DNA of 64,000 nt from NCBI RefSeq assembly GCF_009914755.1, contig NC_060927.1; one strand, 5' to 3'. Shown one piece after another: positions 30,270 to 44,797 of the stretch. The stretch is from the human T2T-CHM13v2.0 reference genome, Homo sapiens. Positions within the stretch are counted from its first letter, which is position 1. Every line of letters begins with the position of its first letter. The position numbers and the translations under genes were made by a program. Below the pieces are notes generated by a model, which was not told the DNA's origin, ran no database searches, and worked only from the letters and a program-made list of their open reading frames with translations.

Positions 30270-31630
30270 CAGAAGAGTATATCTGTTAATGGCAGATCAG
30301 ACAATTGGGATATCCTTTCACTGAGGACATCTATAAAAGCTGAATAAAATATGAGAGAAAAATAAAAAATATGTCTCTTTAAAGCCATTGTAGAGATAAA
30401 AAGATACTGAAGAGTCATTGGGCCAGAGCCCATTATGGGGCACAATGATCCAAGAATGTGAGAACAGCATTTGAGGCCAGTTTTTTCCTCAACTGCACTT
30501 TGAGGAAACAGCACTTTTGACAGTTCCTTGGAGATAGGGAGATAGGAATTAGAGGCCTGGCAAGGGGAGAGATCCTATTGACAAACCCTCACTTTGGGTT
30601 GAAATCTCAAAAAGTCTTACCTGTTAAGTAAGAGTGAACTGGATGTGGAAGGCCTGTGCAGGAACTGCAGCTTAGCTTCAAATTGTCCCAATCCTGAAAT
30701 TGCTAATGCATGCAAGCTTGCTGGTACCGTCAGCACCTGACGGAAACAAACATACATCCTCTCTAGAGGAAAATAACCGTGTACAAGTGTAGATGAGAAG
30801 AAATAAACATAAAGGAACAGAAGAAATGGAAAACATAACAGACCTACAGAGTCCCCAGATACTGAGTTATCAGACACAGATTTAAAAATAACTATATGTT
30901 ACTACATTTAAGGAGATAAAGGAAAAGATTAGGAATTTAGGGAGAAAAACCAGGACCACTAAAAAATAATAAAGCAGAAAATGTATCATATAATAAAGCA
31001 GCACATCTACCCACTAAATCTAAAAGTTGAAATTATATAAAAAAAGAAAATTTAGAGTTGAAAAATGCAAAAAAAACTTAAATATGTGTTTAATGGCAGA
31101 TTTAATATACATGAAGAGAAAATAAATAAAAAAAGAATTTCTTATCTAGGTCAGAAAAATATCCAGAATGATGTATGAGAAAACAAAAGGATATAAAACC
31201 AGAAGATAGACTATCTGACCTGAACAATACAGTAAGAAAGTCCAACTAATGTGTGTGATTGGAGCCACAGGAAGAAAAACAGATTCAAAAAGAGGTATTA
31301 TTCGAAGACAAGGTACCTGAGAATTTTCCAAAGCTGATGAAAGTTTATGAAATCTACAGATTGAAGATGCTGTCTCTATAAACTCTCTACAAATCAGGAC
31401 AAAAATATAACACAAAACAAATTCTAGTCACGTTATATTAAAACTGAAAATCAAAGCAGAATCCTTAAAAGCAACCAGAGAACAAAAGGCAGACAATGGA
31501 TTGTAGCTGATATCTGACTAGAAACCAGTAGAATATCTGGAAGACCATGGAATACTATCCTAAAGTGCTAAAAGGAAACAGCATCTACTTAGAATTTCAG
31601 AACAAGCAAAACCACCCTTAAGAAATGAGA
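30270..31630 (+). mobile_element. Ancient L1M 5'/ORF1 fragment
   Basis: A-rich decayed ORF1 signatures (attggagccacaggaag..gagaattttccaaagctgatgaaa..aatccttaaaagcaaccagag). Confidence 0.55.
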
Positions 31631-31725
31631 GGGAGAGATCACAATTCAGACAAGATGGCATGGACTTGTCCCTCCCCGCTCCTCCCTGCTGCTTAAAGTT
31701 ATAAACCCAAGAAAGAAAACACAAT

Positions 31726-31980
31726 TGTGATGGTTAATGTTTTGTGTTAAGTTGGCTGGGCCACAGTGCTCAGATATGTGGCTGAACATTATTTTGGATA
31801 TTCTATGAGGGTGATTTTTGGAGAAGATTAACATTTAATGGTTGGACTTTGAGTAAAGCAGATTACCCTCCACAATGTGGATGGGCCCCCATCCAGTTAG
31901 TTGAAGGACTTAATATAAAACACTGACCTCACACAAGCAAGAAGTTCTGCCAGATGACTGCTTTTGAACTCAAACTGCAA
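31726..31980 (+). mobile_element. MLT2-type (ERVL) LTR 5' fragment
   Basis: Starts tgtgatggttaat..; contains aaagcagattaccctccacaatgtggatgggccc..atccagttagttgaagg. Confidence 0.8.
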
Positions 31981-32703
31981 GGTGTATGTATATAATAGAA
32001 ACATATATTTTGTTTCTCCCATTTTATCCAAATGAAAACATACCATACCTACTTTTCTGCATCTTGCTTTTTGTACTTAACCCTTTAAATATGTAAGTTC
32101 TTGAAGAACTTTCCATATTCGCTCATAAATAATTTTTCTTCCTTTTTTTCCTTAACAGCCACATATTTTTCCATTGTATGGCTATACAGTCATTATTTTT
32201 TTTTTTTTTTTGCATGAATGTAAGTGCATTGTCTTTGTAGGGTAAATTCCTAGAGGTGGAACCACTAAAAATCAAAGAAAATGAATCTCAATCCATGTCT
32301 CTCTCTCCCTCCCTCCCCCCACCCCCCTTCTCCCTCCCTATCATAATGATATTGACAAATTGCCCTCTATAGAGGTGGTATAAATTTACATTCCTAATAG
32401 CAATGTATGAAAGTGCCTATTTCCTCATAGACTTACCAGCATGATATGATACAAGCTTTTCAATCTTTTCAAAGCCAATAGGTTAAATAACAAAAAGTCC
32501 TTCAGTCTGCACTTATCTTTTTATATATTTGATAGATTTATGAGCCATTTATAGTTCTTTTTGTGAACTCTATTTCCTTTGCTATTTTTCTCTTTGTCTA
32601 TTTTTATATTGGGTTTTTGCTGTTTTTAAAAAAACTCCAGTTGTTGAAATTTTTATATTGGGGGAAATCATTCTTTTGTCTTTGATGTGAAAAGACAATT
32701 TTT

Positions 32704-35700
32704 GAATATTGGCCCCCACTCTCTTCTGGCTTGTAGAGTTTCTGCCGAGAGATCCGCTGTTAGTCTGATGGGCTTCCCTTTGAGGGTAACCCAACCTTTC
32801 TCTCTGGCTGCCCTTAACATTTTTTCCTTCATTTCAACTTTGGTGAATCTGACAATTATGTGTCTTGGAGTTGCTCTTCTCACGGAGTATCTTTCTGGCG
32901 TTCTCTGTATTTCCTGAATCTGAATGTTGGCCTGCCTTGCTAGATTGGGGAAGTTCTCCTGGATAATATCCCGCAGAGTGTTTTCCAACTTGGTTCCATT
33001 CTCCCCGTCGCTTTCAGGTACACCAATCAGACATAGATTTGGTCTTTTCACATAGTCCCATATTTCTTGGAGGCTTTGCTTGTTTCTTTTTATTCTTTTT
33101 TCTCTAAACTTCCCTTCTCACTTCATTTGATTCATTTGATCTTCCATCACTGATACCCTATCTTCCAGTTGATCGCATTGGCTCCTGAGGCTTCTACATT
33201 CTTCACGTAGTTCTCAAGCCTTGGTTTTCAGCTCCATCAGCTCCTTTAAGCACTTCTCTGTGTTGGTTATTCTAGTTATACATTCTTCTAAATTTTTTTC
33301 AAAGTTTTCAACTTGTTTGCCTTTGGTTTGAATGTCCTCCCGTAGCTGGGAGTAATTTGATCATCTGAAGCCTTCTTCTCTCAGCTCATCAAAGTCATTC
33401 TCTGTCCAGCTTTGTTCCATTGCTGGTGAGGAACTGCGTTCCAATTTTCAACCCAGAATTTCATATCCAGCCAAACTAAGCTTCATAAGTGAAGGAGAAA
33501 TAAAATACTTTACAGACAAGCAAATGCTGAGAGATTTTGTCACCACCAGGCCTGCCCTAAAAGAGCTCCTGAAGGAAGCACTAAACATGGAAAGGAACAA
33601 CCGGTACCAGCCACTGCAAAATCATGCCAAAATATAAAGACCATCGAGACTAGGAAGAAACTGCATCAACTAACGAGCAAACTAACCAGCTAACATCATA
33701 ATGACAGGATCAAATTCACACATAACAATATTAACTTTAAATGTAAATGGACTAAATGCTCCAATTAAAAGACACAGACTGGCAAATTGGATAAAGAGTC
33801 AAGACCCATCAGTGTGCTGTATTCAGGAAACCCATCTCACGTGCAGAGACACACATAGGCTCAAAATAAAAGGATGGAGGAAGATCTACCAAGCAAATGG
33901 AAAACAAAAAAAGGCAGGGGTTGCAATCCTAGTCTCTGATAAAACAGATTTTAAACCAACAAAGATCAAAAGAGACAAAAAAGGCCATTATGTAATGGTA
34001 AAGGGATCAATTCAACAAGAAGAGCTAACTATCCTAAATATATATGCACCCAATACAGGAGCATCCAGATTCATAAAGCAAGTCCTGAGTGACCTACAAA
34101 GAGACTTAGACTCCCACACATTAATAATGGGAGACTTTAACACCCCACTGTCAACATTAGACAGATCAACGAGACAGAAAGTCAACAAGGATACCCAGGA
34201 ATTGAACTCAGCTTTGCACCAAGCGCACCTAATAGACATCTACAGAACTCTCCACCCCAAATCAACAGAATATACATTGTTTTCAGCACCACACCACACC
34301 TATTCCAAAATTGACCACATAGTTGGAAGTAAAGCTCTCCTCAGCAAATGTAAAAGAACAGAAATTATAACAAACTGTCTCTCAGACCACAGTGCAATCA
34401 AACTAGAACTCAGGATTAAGAATCTCACTCAAAACCACTCAACTACATGGAAACTGAACAACCTGCTCCTGAATGACTACTGGGTACATAACAAAATGAA
34501 GGCAGAAATAAAGATGTTCTTTGAAACCAACGAGAACAAAGACACAACATACCAGAATCTCTGGGACGCATTCAAAGCAGGGTGTAGAGGGAAATTTGTA
34601 GCACTAAATGCCCACAAGAGAAAGCAGGAAAGATCCAAAATTGACACCCTAACATCACAATTAAAAGAACTAGAAAAGCAAGAGCAAACACATTCAAAAG
34701 CTAGCAGAAGGCAAGAAATAACTAAAATCAGAGCAGAACTGAAGGAAATAGAGACACAAAAAACCATTCAAAAAATTAAGGAATCCAGGAGCTGGTTTTT
34801 TGAAAGGATCAACAAAATTGATAAACTGCTAGCAAGACTAATAAAGGCCTTTGACAAAATTCAACAATGCTTCATGCTAAAAACTCTCAATAAATTAGGT
34901 ATTGATGGGACGTATTTCAAAATAATGAGAGCTATCTATGACAAACCCACAGCCAATATCATACTGAATGGGCAAAAACTGGAAGCATTCCCTTTGAAAA
35001 CTGGCACAAGACAGGGATGCCCTCTCTCACCACTCCTATTCAACATAGTGTTGAAAGTTCTGGCCAGGGCAATCAGGCAGGAGAAGAAAATAAAGGGTAT
35101 TCAATTAGGAAAACAGGAAGTCAAATTGTCCCTGTTTGCAGATGACATGATTGTATATCTAGAGAACCCCATTGTCTCAGCCGAAAATCTCCTTAAGCTG
35201 ATAAACAACTTCAGCAAAGTGTCAGGATACAAAATCAATGTACAAAAATCACAAGCATTCTTCTACACCAACAACAGACAAACAGAGAGCCAAATCATGA
35301 GTGAACTCCCATTCACAATTGCTTCAAAGAGAATAAAATACCTAGGAATCCAACTTACAAGGGACGTGAAGGACCTCTTCAAGGAGAACTACAAACCACT
35401 GCTCAAGGAAATAAAAGAGGATACAAACAAATGGAAGAACATTCCATGCTCATGGGTAGGAAGAATCAATATCGTGAAAATGGCCATACTTCCCAAGGTA
35501 ATTTACAGATTCAATGCCATCCCCATCAAGCTACCAATGCCTTTCTTCACAGAATTAGAAAAAACTACTTTAAAGTTCATATGGAACCAAAAAAGGGCCC
35601 ACATCACCAAGTCAATCCTAAGCCAAAAGAACAAAGCTGGAGGCATCACACTACCTGATTTCAAACTATACTACAAGGCTACAGTAACCAAAACAGCATG

Positions 35701-37079
35701 GTACTGGTACCAAAACAGAGATATAGATCAATGGAACAGAACAGAGCCCTCAGAAATAACGCCACATATCTACAACTATCTGATCTTTGACAAACCTGAG
35801 AAAAACAAGCAATGGGGAAAGGATTCCCTATTTAATAAATGGTGCTGGGAAAACTGGCTAGCCATATGTAGAAAGCTGAAACTGGATCCCTTCCTTATAC
35901 CTTATACCAAAATCAATTCAAGATGGATTAAAGACTTAAACGTTAGACCTAAAACCATAAAAACCCTAGAAGAAAACCTAGGCTTTACCATTCAGGACAT
36001 ACGCATGAGCAAGGACTTCATGTCTAAAACACCAAAAGCAATGGCAACAAAAGCCAAAATTGACAAATGGGATCTAATTAAACTAAAGAACTTCTGCACA
36101 GCAAAAGAAACTACCATCAGAGTGAACAGGCAACCTACAAAATGGGAGAAAATTTTCGCAACCTACTCATCTGACAAAGGGTAATATCCAGAATCTACAA
36201 TGAACTCAAACAAATTTACAAGAAACAAACAAACAACCCCATCAAAAAGTGGGCGAAGGATATGAACAGACACTTCTCAAAAGAAGACATTTATGCAGCC
36301 AAAAAACACATGAAAAAATGCTCACCATCACTGGCCATCAGAGAAATGCAAATCAAAACCACAATGAGATACCATCTCACACCAGTTATAATGGCGATCA
36401 TTAAAAAGTCAGGAAACAACAGGTGCTGGAGAGGATGTGGAGAAATAGGAACACTTTTACACTGTTGGTGGGACTGTAAACTAGTTCAACCATTGTGGAA
36501 GTCAGTGTGGCGATTCCTCAGGGATCTAGAACTAGAAATGCCATTTGACCCAGCCATCCCATTACTGGGTATATACCTAAAGGAGTATAAATAATGCTGC
36601 TATAAAGACACATGCACACGTATGTTTATTGTGGCATTATTCACAATAGCAAAGACTTGGAACCAACCCAAATGTCCAACAACGATAGACTGGATTAAGA
36701 AAATGTGGCACATATACACCATGGAATATTATGCAGCCATAAAAAATGATGAGTTCATGTCCTTTGTAGGGACATGGATGAAATTGGAAATCATCATTCT
36801 CAGTAAACTATGGCAAGAACAAAAAACCAAAGACCACATATTCTCACTCATAGGTGGAAACTGAACAATGAGAACACATGGACACAGGAAGGGGAACATC
36901 ACACTCTGGGGACCGTTGTGGGGTGGGGGTAGGGAGGAGGGATAGCATTGGGAGATATACCTAATGCTAGATGACGAGTTAGTGGGTGCAGTGCACCAGC
37001 ATGGCACATGTATACATATGTAACTAACCTGTGCATTGTGCACATGTACCCTAAAACTTAAAGTATAATAATAATTAAA
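32704..37079 (+). mobile_element. Young L1 (L1PA2/3-type 3' end), 5'-truncated, with 5' inversion (32704-33442 on -) and internal ORF2 deletion
   Basis: 14-bp TSD aaaagacaattttt at 32690-32703 and 37080-37093. Inversion junction at 33442/33443. 3'UTR gctagatgacgagttagtgggtgcag. Confidence 0.96.
33701..36864 (+). pseudogene. L1 ORF2 with in-frame internal deletion (827-aa open frame, 33701-36184), then frameshift
   Basis: Translation jumps ..LLARLIK|AFDKIQQ.. at ~34846. A 1-nt loss gives a stop at 36182-36184, and the C-terminus continues in ORFs 36262 and 36622. Confidence 0.92.
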
Positions 37080-38599
37080 AAAAGACAATTTTTTCCTCAT
37101 TTGACTTTGCTTATAATGTTGTTTATTATGCGGACATTTAAAATTTATGTTGAATTTATTCAGTGTTTTTAATGACTTCTGAATTTTGTGTCATATTGAG
37201 AAAGGCATTTCCTACTCTGAAATTATAAAAGAATCATCTCATGTTTTCTTTTATTACCTTTATGGTTTCATTTTTTAGTCTTTGACACTATAACCATGCC
37301 TTACAATCCACATCAGGATAATTCCAAAACTGAATCAATAACTTAAAGATTGTTTCTATAGTTGTAAAAAATCTAAAATTTTTTTTAAAAATCAGTTTTC
37401 CTTGAGACTCATTCTTCTCTACTCCTCCCAGATAATCTCAAATTTTTCTATTTTTGTTTATTTATTTCATCATTTGTTTCATCTCTCCATTTCCTTCTTG
37501 AAAGGGTTCTCTTCTACTTTTCCTCCATATCTAGAATATTCTTCCAACCTTTTAAACTCGTTTTTTTTCCCCCATTTTCCTTTGGCTCCTTTCCTCTTGT
37601 CTCTTCATCTGCTGTTGCCACTATGTTTCTTACTTTGTTTTAGTAATTTCTCACTTCTCGTGCATGCCTTTTGGCATAATTTTTGCAATGGTTATTATTT
37701 TTCCCCACAACTTCCCCAAATCCTACCATGTCATATTTTATCATTTTTTGATATTTCCCCATTTCTTCATTCATGGATGTCATTTATCATTAAGTTTTTC
37801 ATTTTTTAAAAAATATTTGGTCACTCTTTCCAGTGTTCCAGTAAGTCTTATAATGAGAGATCTTCTCCTGTTGTTTTACTTTTGTGCTTATTTTTTAAAA
37901 ACTTAATATTTTTGTATAGTTTCTGAGTTCTTATTTATTACTTATTATCAAAAGAGTTTAATTTTATCATGAATAGCTATCTATGGAAAGTTCATAGGGG
38001 TAGGGGCTGTGGTCCAGGTTAGCTGATTTTTTTTTTTTTTTTTAATATTTGGTCAGCAACTTTATTTCACCAAAGCCAGTGGAGAAAGGAGTATTTTTTG
38101 TTTTGATTTTTTATTTGAGGGCTGGGGAGTAGTGAAAAGGAAGACTGCTTATAGTAAATATGCCTTCTCTGTGTATGATTCCTTGTATAATTGTCGCTAT
38201 TTCTTTTTGGGAAACAAACAAACTGGGTTTATTTGAGCCAGCTGATCAATGCTTCCTGTTTCAAACAAGTGTTGGCACCTCAGGTGGTGTCCCTTGCCTT
38301 GAAGAAGGGTAGTTTTGCTGGTGTTTGCTGATGTCTGCAGCTTCAGGAAGCTCTCTCTGCAGCCTTTTATCTCCTCTTCCTCCCACTCCACTTCTTCTGT
38401 TTTAGATAACTTTCCACGTATATTTGGTCTCTGTCATTTTTTATTGTCTCCTGGTTTAGCTGAAATGAAATTTACATTTTTGTTTCTTATTTTCCCAGTT
38501 GCTTTTTAAACAATTTTCAATATAAGGGAGAAATACTGACTTTCACCCTGCCAAGTTCAAACAAGAAATCAGCCTGTTTTTTTTTAAGCTGCCTAAAGG

Positions 38600-39520
38600 T
38601 AATGCATATTTATTTTTAAATGTCAGATAGTATGAAGAAAATTTTCATGATCTTCTCTTGCCTTATTCTAAATAGAAATATAGGCTTCATTGTATATATA
38701 AAGTTTGTGATATTCATATTGCTCAGATTTTTTTTTCTTTTAACTATGTATAATGAGCATCCCCTCTGTATTGGTGAAAGTTGATCTAATTCTTTATAAT
38801 ATCTGCATGATATTCCAGGGAATAGGTGTACCACATTTAATGTAATCATTCTCTATTGAAGACTTTCAGATTATTTCCAGGTATTTGCAACTATAAAATG
38901 TGGGGTAGTAAACATTGATTACACATTCCTTTACACTCATGTGCTTTGTTTTTCTAAGTTCACTTTTCCAAAATTAGTATTGCTGGATCAATGGTATTTA
39001 ATTTAAATACATTACAGTCTACTTTTTGAAAAGTTGCATCAGTTCATCTCTCTACTGAATGAAGGAGCTAATTTCCCTACATCTTTGCTACCTTTGGAAT
39101 GACCAATATTATTGCATTTTACTAATTCAGGGTGGAAATGTGTTATGCCATCAATAGGTTAACATGAAGAATAAAAATAATATATCTTTTTAATATCCTT
39201 TGTCAATTTTTAATTGCCATTTTTTGTTATTTTGTAGAGATTCTTTTAAATTTTAGGACTACTAACCATTTTTCTTATGTTACACATACCTTTTCTGTTT
39301 TTTTTTCTTTTGACTTTATTTATAATGACTTTGACTTTGTTGACTTTATGATATCTTTAGTTATAGTACTTCAAATTTTTATATAGACAAATACATCTCT
39401 CTTTGTATTTATGGATTTTCCGTCTTCCTCTAGAAAGCTTCTTCTATCCTAAAGTTATAAAAAGTTAATAAAATAATTCTATTTTCATTATTTTTAAAAA
39501 TTTATATCTTTAATCTGCTT
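38600..39520 (-). mobile_element. Ancient L1ME-type 3' fragment
   Basis: Decayed T-rich antisense L1 3' motifs (tattccag..gtaccacattt..ttatttccaggtatttgcaactataaa..ttgctggatcaa). Confidence 0.5.
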
Positions 39521-41065
39521 TACATGTGAAGAGAGATCATTATCCTGGCTCTAGGAGTAATGACAATAGGGTGAGGGTTTAGAATGTAAAGTAACTGGGT
39601 ACATTCTTACCTAGCCCAAGTGAAAACTGGTGAGAACCTGAAATCAGGCGAGGTTGTGGGATGGAGATGAGTAGGGATGGCATACTGAAACAATAGAGGT
39701 GGAATTTAAGAATTGAAGGCTGACTTCCTGTGTGTGATTGAGTGAAAGGAAGGAAAGTAAGGTCATCTTGGATATTGGATGGCAGCAGTTGCTACTCCCT
39801 AAGGCAGAGGCCTTAGGGGTTAAGCACATATGGGTTCAGTGTGGACTAAGTTGGGGACTGAGAAGATAATCTTACATAAGTGCATTGCTAGAAATTTAGA
39901 TTTTCTATTAATCTATGTAAGTTATGTAAATTAAATTTAGCCTAACTCTTGCCTAGTGAGCAAACAGACTGTTTCAGAGTGTGAATTTTTTTCTATTAAG
40001 TTAAAGAAGTGCATTGTATCATGATCTGAAAGTTGAATAATCAAATGTGAAGAATGATCATTTGACTAGCCTTAAAAGTAAGTTTTAAGTTGTAAAATTA
40101 ATATAATGATATTATAGAGAACTTGGAAAATGTAAGAAAAGCCACTCATGAATGACTGCTCTTAAGCATCCACCACTTCATAATAACCTACTTCCTGCTT
40201 CGGTTTTTGGAATGGAGGGCATAGATAACTTTCTGTAGCACTTCCAATAAAATGCTTCTCACATAATGTCTCATGGGTGCTCAGATAAATAAATGTGGTC
40301 AGCACGCTGCTTTTCTTTTTGTCACCTGGCAAAACTTTAAAGGGACACATCCCCTTTGTGTTTTAAGAGGTTCTTGCAAGCCAAGTATGGTAAGAGTTTG
40401 TTTTGGTTCCTATCTCAGCTGATGTTATCAAACTTGACCAAGTGGGTTGTATGGCCTTATAAATAAAACCCAAAACTCTTTTATAGATGGTTTTATGTCT
40501 TCTAGATTTTTGTAAATTGTGCAGTTTACATAAGGCCTGAGGCTGAACTATATGTTTTTATTTTTTGGCCTTTTCAGATTGGAAGGATTTACCCACCTTT
40601 GCATTAATTACACTAAGATCTGCAATTATCCTGTGCTCATCCCCAGGTTTTTTGGAAGTTTTCCAAGTCTTTAAATATAATTTTCTTTCTGATTCTTGAA
40701 GCATAATAGGAACCTGAGTAATTGTTAGTTTGTTCACCAGTTGATGCTAATGGAGTAGCCATTAAGTATTATTTCAAGCCCTTTATATAAAATGGAAATT
40801 TTTAGTAGCTGGTATTGTACCACCTCTTGTTTTATGGTCTCTGCAGCTATAAATTAATGTGAAATCAATTATAATTCAATAGGGACCAGTTTTCAGGCTG
40901 TTTCCTATAACATGATAATAACATTTATTTTCATTAAGAAAGCAATCCATGTTCATTGTGAGAAAATTGGAACAATCAATAACTAAAAATTATAAGACAT
41001 CCTATTGCCCAGAGATTAGCACTGTGAACATTTGGCATGATTAGTTAATTATTTTAAGTGGAAAT

Positions 41066-41066
<1 letters not shown>

Positions 41067-41094
<28 letters not shown>
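41067..41094 (+). repeat. (CA)n microsatellite
   Basis: About 14 CA units. Confidence 0.95.
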
Positions 41095-41097
<3 letters not shown>

Positions 41098-42529
41098 TGC
41101 ACACATACATTGTTTAGAAAAACAAAAAATTGAGGCAATTTAATATAGTTTTTTAATCTATAATTTTTATTTATAAATATGCTTTGAACATTTTTATGTC
41201 AGTGCTGTATCCACTTCATAGCAGTATGGTATTCTATCTTAGAGCTATATAATAGCAAATTTAATCAATGTTTTATTATTAGATATTTTAGTAACTTGAA
41301 CAATTTTGCTATTGTAAATAACACTAAAATGAATATCGTCATATATATCCTTGATAATTTTTGTTTATTCAAATAATGTTTATTTTAAAAGGAAGAGAAA
41401 ATATGTGCAAAAGCAAATTTTTAAAAATTGCATCATACGAAATTTTATCACTCAAAGATAACTGTTGGTAATTTTTTTGTGATTTTCTTTCAGTATATTT
41501 CTATCTATTTATACAAGATTGTACTATTCATACTATATTATTTTACTTCTTATTGAGCCATGACATGCATGTAAATGCATAAATCATAAGTATATAGTGA
41601 AATTAATTTTCACAAATTGAACACATCAATGTAACCAGCACCCAGATAAAGAAATGTCACCACTTCCCAAGCCTGGCCCCATCTAGCCACTGCCTTCCAG
41701 AGGGTAACCACTACCCTGCTTCTAACATTCTAAACTAGTTTTGCCTGATTTTGAACTTTATACAATTGGGATCATCCATCTGACTTACTTTGCTCAATAC
41801 AATATACCTATACCGTTATATGTTATTGAAGTTTGTCTGTGTTTATTGCTGTGTAGTGTTCCCGTGGGTGAATATACCATAGTTTGTTTTTCTCTTGATG
41901 GACACTTGCATAGACGGTTCATTTGGATCTATTTTAATAGTGTTGCTGTATACTTTCTTGTATTATTGTATTATTTTGGTAAACTATATGCTGCATTTTT
42001 CCTCTGACTTTTTACCTTAATATGTCATAAACGCCTTTCTTTTAAATACATTTTATTGACATAAAATATTGTATTGTGTGATTGTACCACAACTTAACCT
42101 GTCCTGCTTTTGGACTTTCAGTTTATTTACAGTATTTTTCTGTAATAGACAACACTGAGATGAACATCCTGGTACATAAGTCTTTGCACATTTTTTCATT
42201 TTCTTGAAGAAGATTCTTACGCAGATTGAAATGGCTGGCTCAGTATTTAAGGATGTTTGATAATTACTGCCAGATTGCCATCTAAACATTTATACTTACT
42301 TATAGCCCCTCTACAAATGTATATAAGTACCTGTGTTCCCAGAATCTTATTAAATGAAAAATTGCAACTTAGTGTAATTAGCAGCATTTGGTTATTAATG
42401 ATATGTGATATTTTATTAAACTGTGTTGGACATAGATGGTAAATTGCTTTTTCTCTTTAACTTTGTCATTTTATCTTTTAGACAGTTCTATATTTTTCTT
42501 GTATTTTATGAGGGTGCTTAATATATTAG

Positions 42530-42925
<396 letters not shown>

Positions 42926-43287
42926 TGAAACTTTTTTTGCGGTAAACATTTGGGTGTTACTTTTAGTTTATTTCTTAACTTCTACTGAATCTCAATTCCT
43001 TTATGAGAAGAACTAATATTGTAAAGATGGCAGTTCTTTCCCAAATCAATTGACAAATTAATCAGTAAGAAAATTCATTTGGGTTTTTACTTCTACCTTA
43101 GTAAAATGATTTTAAAGTTCACCTGGGGACATAAATGGGCAATGTCAAAAAGTCAGACAGTTTTGAAAAATAAAAATGATGAGAGATGATTTGCAATACT
43201 AGGTTTTAAAGTATGTTCCTGACCTGAGATCAGGTACTAAGTCACCAGCTTAGAACAGGTCAGGCCAGAAAGTCCTGAGAAAAACTC

Positions 43288-43327
43288 GTGTGTGTGTGTG
43301 TGGTGTGTGTGTGTGTGTGTGCGCGTG
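43288..43327 (+). repeat. (TG)n/(CG) alternating purine-pyrimidine repeat
   Basis: gtgtgtgtgtgtg ggtgtgtg..gcgcgtg. Confidence 0.9.
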
Positions 43328-44569
43328 CACGTACGCATATACATGCCTATGTATCTCATCCATGGATCATCCAAGTCAGATAGATTGGTCAATAAATGGT
43401 GTTAGGACAGTTGGCCAACCACAGCCAGCTCTGTGAGAATTCTAAGGAGCATGTGTCAGTGACTTAGAGAAACTAAAGTGATAAATGGAAACAAAAAACA
43501 AAATGGAAAATGTATTTCAGTAATAAAAGGATATTTGGTGCTATTCTCAGGCAGGAGAGAAATAGAACACCAAGACTAACATCTACTCACTGAATATCAA
43601 ATATCAAATTGCCAGGACAGAGGCTCTGACATTTTGCATAAGTTGGGTGGCACGCCTGGTCCAGTCAGCTGTGCCCCAGTGGTGTGACCCTGTCTGCTCT
43701 GGGCCCACCCCTGTGCATCGGTCAGGGGTGAATTTCAGAGAAGGGGCCAGTTCATGGTAGGGTAACACCCTTGAAGGTGAAAGAATGAAGATCAGTGAGC
43801 CATACAGCCTAAGCACCACTTGCTGCAAAGAACAGTCACAGTGAAAGCACATCTCTCATTATTAGTGTTGTTGTTTTTGTCCTTTGCAGGCCAAGTTCAT
43901 TTTATCCCCCATGCCTTAAATGTGAGAGTCTTAACATTTAGGTTTCTCTATAGTTGTAAGAAATTTCTTTTCAGTTCTAACCTAAACCCACCATGGTCAA
44001 AGTGCAAAGCCCCAGCAATAATTACCCTTTATCACTCTTAGGAATTTATAGTTTTATTTTTCTCTTTATATCAGATGCATTATCACACAGACAAAAATGT
44101 ACTGTGGGTTTGTGAAAATCCCATTTAAGCATTTGTCCTTGACCCTTCTAGGTACTTTAATAGAATATCACTTACGTACACATTGACCTTTTATAATGAA
44201 TCTTCCATTATGTACTAAGTATTCTTGTAATTTCTCTGTTTTTGTTTTTTTTTTCATTTGCAAGGGTTGTATTAACCAGTACCTGTAGACACATCTGTGT
44301 CCTTCCTCATGTTAGTTATTTTAGCCAGGAATAACATAGACAATTCTGCCTTTGTTTTGGTCTCCTAGCTTTAAAGTTGCATCCATCATCAGCTTCTTCT
44401 GAAGCTCATCTAACTCTGTTGCTTCTTATGATAATTAAATTTGAAAAATAGCTAAATCAATTCAGTAATTATGTTGGAATAGCTACTGGAGTTTGTCATC
44501 ATTGCTTTGACTTAGTGTAGAGTTTACCAGATAGTCATTTCTTTGGATGTGAAAAGGTAGATGTTATCA

Positions 44570-44797
44570 AAGAAAGAGGTTTCTGCAGACATATATGTTT
44601 GAGAAACACAGAGTTAAGCAAAGGCAAATTGATTCTGATAGACTTCCCAGAAGCTCCAAGAAGCTAATATGTCTTGTGTAAGCCCCATGAAGGCAATACA
44701 ATTAGAAGCATTTCTCATATTTATTTCACCTTAGAGTCCCTTTCTCAAACTGCTTGTGGGAACAATAACCTGAGAAACACACTTTAGGGAAGTGGTG
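44570..44797. mobile_element. hAT-Charlie DNA transposon relic (MER103-like)
   Basis: aaagaggtttc..tatgtttgagaaacac..gcatttctcatatttattt..gaaacacactttagggaagtg. Confidence 0.5.

Noticed and set aside
34830-34860. ORF2 deletion as a spliced-out intron
   Set aside because: No placement within the AAAG microhomology gives a GT 5' end.
37402-37809. 135-aa hydrophobic ORF and similar F/L/S-rich ORFs elsewhere
   Set aside because: Typical antisense reading of T-rich decayed L1; no splice or family support.
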